Source: Magallana gigas (taxonomy: Eukaryota). Taken from it: a DNA stretch of 64,000 nucleotides. The stretch spans positions 23,436,001 through 23,500,000 of the forward strand of contig NC_088860.1 of the NCBI RefSeq assembly GCF_963853765.1, read 5' to 3'. Position 1 is the first letter of the stretch. Each line of letters begins with the position of its first letter. Positions 61,401-64,000 of the stretch are shown in pieces. A program made the position numbers and the translations under genes. The notes under the pieces are model-generated. The model made no database searches. It had not been told where the DNA came from and was given only the letters and a program-made list of their open reading frames with translations.

Positions 61401-64000
61401 GTCACATGTATGTTATCAACTGGACACTCAGGGTAGTATGAGACACTACGAGGTTTTAAAATGTAGATGAGAGCCCATCATTCAAATTCAATATAGAATC
61501 ATCCTCTTAACCACAAAATGCATTTTTAAATTTGTTAAAAGGGAAAATTGTAAAAAAAAAAATCAAGATTTTAAAATCATGAATGACATATCAAATGATA
61601 ATCAAAATTCTAACCAATTGTGCAATGCTGTTATACATGTAAATGACAAACATGTACTATTAACAAGACTGTAAAAGAAAAAAACCCACTATAGTACGAG
61701 GTTAAGGCAAAAGACAGCTATACCACAAAATGGATGCTGCATTACTGTAGCCATTTCCATTTTTTGATTGCAGTTAACATGTCTCATACCTCCTTTACTC
61801 ATTCACTTTAATTTAAGAATAAGAAGAAATTACCGCACTAATTTTTCATGATCAATTTTGCTGTTGAATGCTTAAAATCATTTACCCGCTGTACATCTTC
61901 TACAAATTGGTCTCCTTTGGCCAGCTTGACCCAGGGACAGTCAGGGAACCACTTGGCGTGCTCCACCCAGGGGTCATCTCCGGGCTCCCAGTCCCACAGA
62001 ATGCCCCCGCAGTAAAAACATTTACACTTGTCCCCCTCTCCTGTTTTATGGAAAAAGAAATCATTTTCTTATCCATAATTAACGGTACAATTTTATACAC
62101 ATTGGTATACAAGAGATTATTTCATATGCAACAATATCGATTTTGTACAATAAAACCTATAACTTCAAATAAAGCAAAATTGAGGTGCCAGCGGGGTTTG
62201 CTTATTTACATTTAAATATTGAATCGTTCAATGGCATAAAACTATATAAATATAAGTAATCATTCTTTGAATATTATGAGGTGATAATTTCGGTCGGGGC
62301 GTAATCAACCCTATCATGAAGCCCTTCGGGCTTTATTGGATTTAATCACGCCCCGACCAAAATTATCACCTCATAATACTCGAAGAATGATTCCTTATTC
62401 CTTAATTCGTTTCATTACTTTCACACAGAGAAGAAATCCCATTGTAATCAAACATCTACTGATAAAACTTAATCACAATCTGGCCACTTTAATCGATTCA
62501 TCAACAATAACATGCATTCAACAGATTTTCTTTTAAACTGCCTTCAAACACATTATCACACGGTGTTCAGTTCATTAAGTAAAAATGTTTATCCAAATAA
62601 ATAGATCTACACACAACAGAAAATATTCACTTTGTTAAACAGCTATTTATATGTATGAGGTTGCATGACCTTGCATAGATTTAAACAATAAAATGCTTTC
62701 TTTAGTGATTCATGCAGGATACGAAGGTGGAGAATTTGCAGGAAAAAAATACATTACCAGCGATTGAGATTTATTTACGATTCAGAAATAATCACAGTGA
62801 ATAATGGTTAGAGCGTGAGTCACATTCTCCACATTTAAGTACAGGTGTTATTATCAGGAGACAGGTACTGTTTATACTCGCAGCTGTCAAACTGAATGCA
62901 GCGCAATTCGAAAAGTCAGATCAAAAAAGGAATTAATAATAATTCTATGTGTACGTATCTTCATAGTGAGGAAGGACATGCAAATATGGTAAACAATCAA
63001 TGTAAAGGATCATATACCAGTAAATGTGATACCATCTAGCAAACTGAGATTAAATAACAGATCCTTGTTTTCAGTTTCTTACATAATCAATTCACTGTAT
63101 AACAGTGTTTCATACATGAAACCTGTTAGTAGCATGTAAATCTTAATAGAGCAATCCAACTCATTCTACGCAGATTTTTACTAAGTTTTATCATCAATTT
63201 TGAAAAAAGACTGGACATCAATCTTTATCAAATAAGTACTAGAGTTGTATTGAATAGCTCTTCCAGCAAACAAGTTGAAAAATTGTACAACAACAACAAG
63301 TCTTAAGATTTGTTGTCAAAATAGGACTTACAAACATAAATTAAAGAATCATGCTTTACAAGCTGAAAACTTTCAAAGAACTGTTTAGCAATCACTAATA
63401 AAACAGGTCAAAAAATTTAAAATTCAGTCTAAACAGTTTGTAAGATATCAAAAGTTAATCTCTATATTAATATTGATTCATCAAGAATCCACTCAGTATT
63501 GCAAGCTAAGCATAAGAAATTGTCTGGAATACTCAATTTTTCACAAAATTTCAAACAAGCAATGGATGCAACCATTAATATAATTATACATTCAATTACC
63601 TAGATAAAAGAAGCCCGCTTTAGTAAGAACTTCAGGTCTTTGGGTTATCTGAGTAGGCCATCCTTTGAAAGAAGCTTTTCTTGCCGACTCCAGAGAATAG
63701 ATATGAAATTTAGGCCGAGTAACACCGGGTTCATCAGTAGGACCAAGTGTCTGTTGGTATCGAAAGTTAAAGTTTTCCCCTGTTGGCACTGTATGACCAA
63801 CACTAAAACCTGATAGGTCTCCAACATTAGAAGGCGGAGCATTTGCCACATGCCCATTCTGTAGTTGACGACCATGCCTGACCCAGGGGCAGTTTGGGAA
63901 ATGTTGGCGATGTTCCAATGCCACAACATCACCCTCACACCAACCACTCAGTATCCCCCCACAGTGTGTACATTGCACTTTGTCTTCTAGTCCTGTGTAA
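58486..64000 (-). CDS. Inhibitor of apoptosis protein (BIR-BIR-RING), IAP-B, 5' end beyond window; exons >64000-63600, 62040-61886, 59680-59629, 59111-58947, 58682-58486
   Basis: Same exon structure and phases as IAP-A; BIR2 [76 protein letters not shown]. Confidence 0.9.
59175..59590 (-). mobile_element. Hairpin element family 1, copy D (apex region tandemly duplicated, head partly deleted), in an IAP-B intron
   Basis: Reverse complement of the family head at 59520-59590; two cgaagcggaggttga apex segments at ~59247 and ~59310. Confidence 0.78.
59911..60140. mobile_element. Degenerate Tc1-like MITE (tactgtaaa..ttattcg type)
   Basis: tatactttaaagcaacttttattcg ... gtgaataaaacttgtttaaca; decayed TIRs. 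Confidence 0.35.
62240..62405. mobile_element. Best-preserved copy of hairpin family 2 (~50 bp arms, apex agccc-GAA-gggct on the minus strand), in IAP-B intron 1
   Basis: aatcattctttgaatattatgaggtgataatttcggtcggggcg ... cgccccgaccaaaattatcacctcataatactcgaagaatgatt. Confidence 0.75.

Noticed and set aside
1-64000. tRNA, rRNA, autonomous transposase or recombinase genes
   Set aside because: No cloverleaf, rRNA-like sequence or DDE/HUH/tyrosine-recombinase ORF recognised by eye; tRNAscan/Infernal and translated TE searches were not run.

Overview
AT-rich eukaryotic genomic DNA, most likely a bivalve mollusc of oyster type (inferred from the repeat families and IAP architecture), from a short-read scaffold with three N gaps. 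Six kinds of coding content: (1) two copies of an intronless aminergic/TAAR-like class A GPCR (minus strand) inside a ~10 kb tandem duplication; (2) an intronless FMRFamide/Srw-like GPCR (plus); (3) a four-exon GOLGA7 gene (minus, 137 aa) that the ORF track shows only as a fragment; (4) PGAP4/TMEM246 (plus), head-to-head with GOLGA7; (5) a complete five-exon BIR-BIR-RING IAP gene; (6) a second, 5'-truncated IAP paralog. The rest is dense in non-autonomous elements: Helentron-type HINEs carrying ~180-bp satellite monomers, several MITEs, and at least three families with ~130-150 bp hairpins. The best lead is a ~350-400 bp element without TIRs, present four times. Its terminal hairpin is folding-optimised on one strand only (C-GAA-G triloop, tandem G.A mismatches, G.T wobble), every copy is differently arranged around that hairpin, and one copy sits exactly at the junction of a 4.6 kb tandem duplication. 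No tRNA, rRNA, CRISPR array or autonomous transposase was recognised. Both large duplications could be uncollapsed haplotypes. All alignments and counts were done by eye, and repeat family names are inferences that need a database search.
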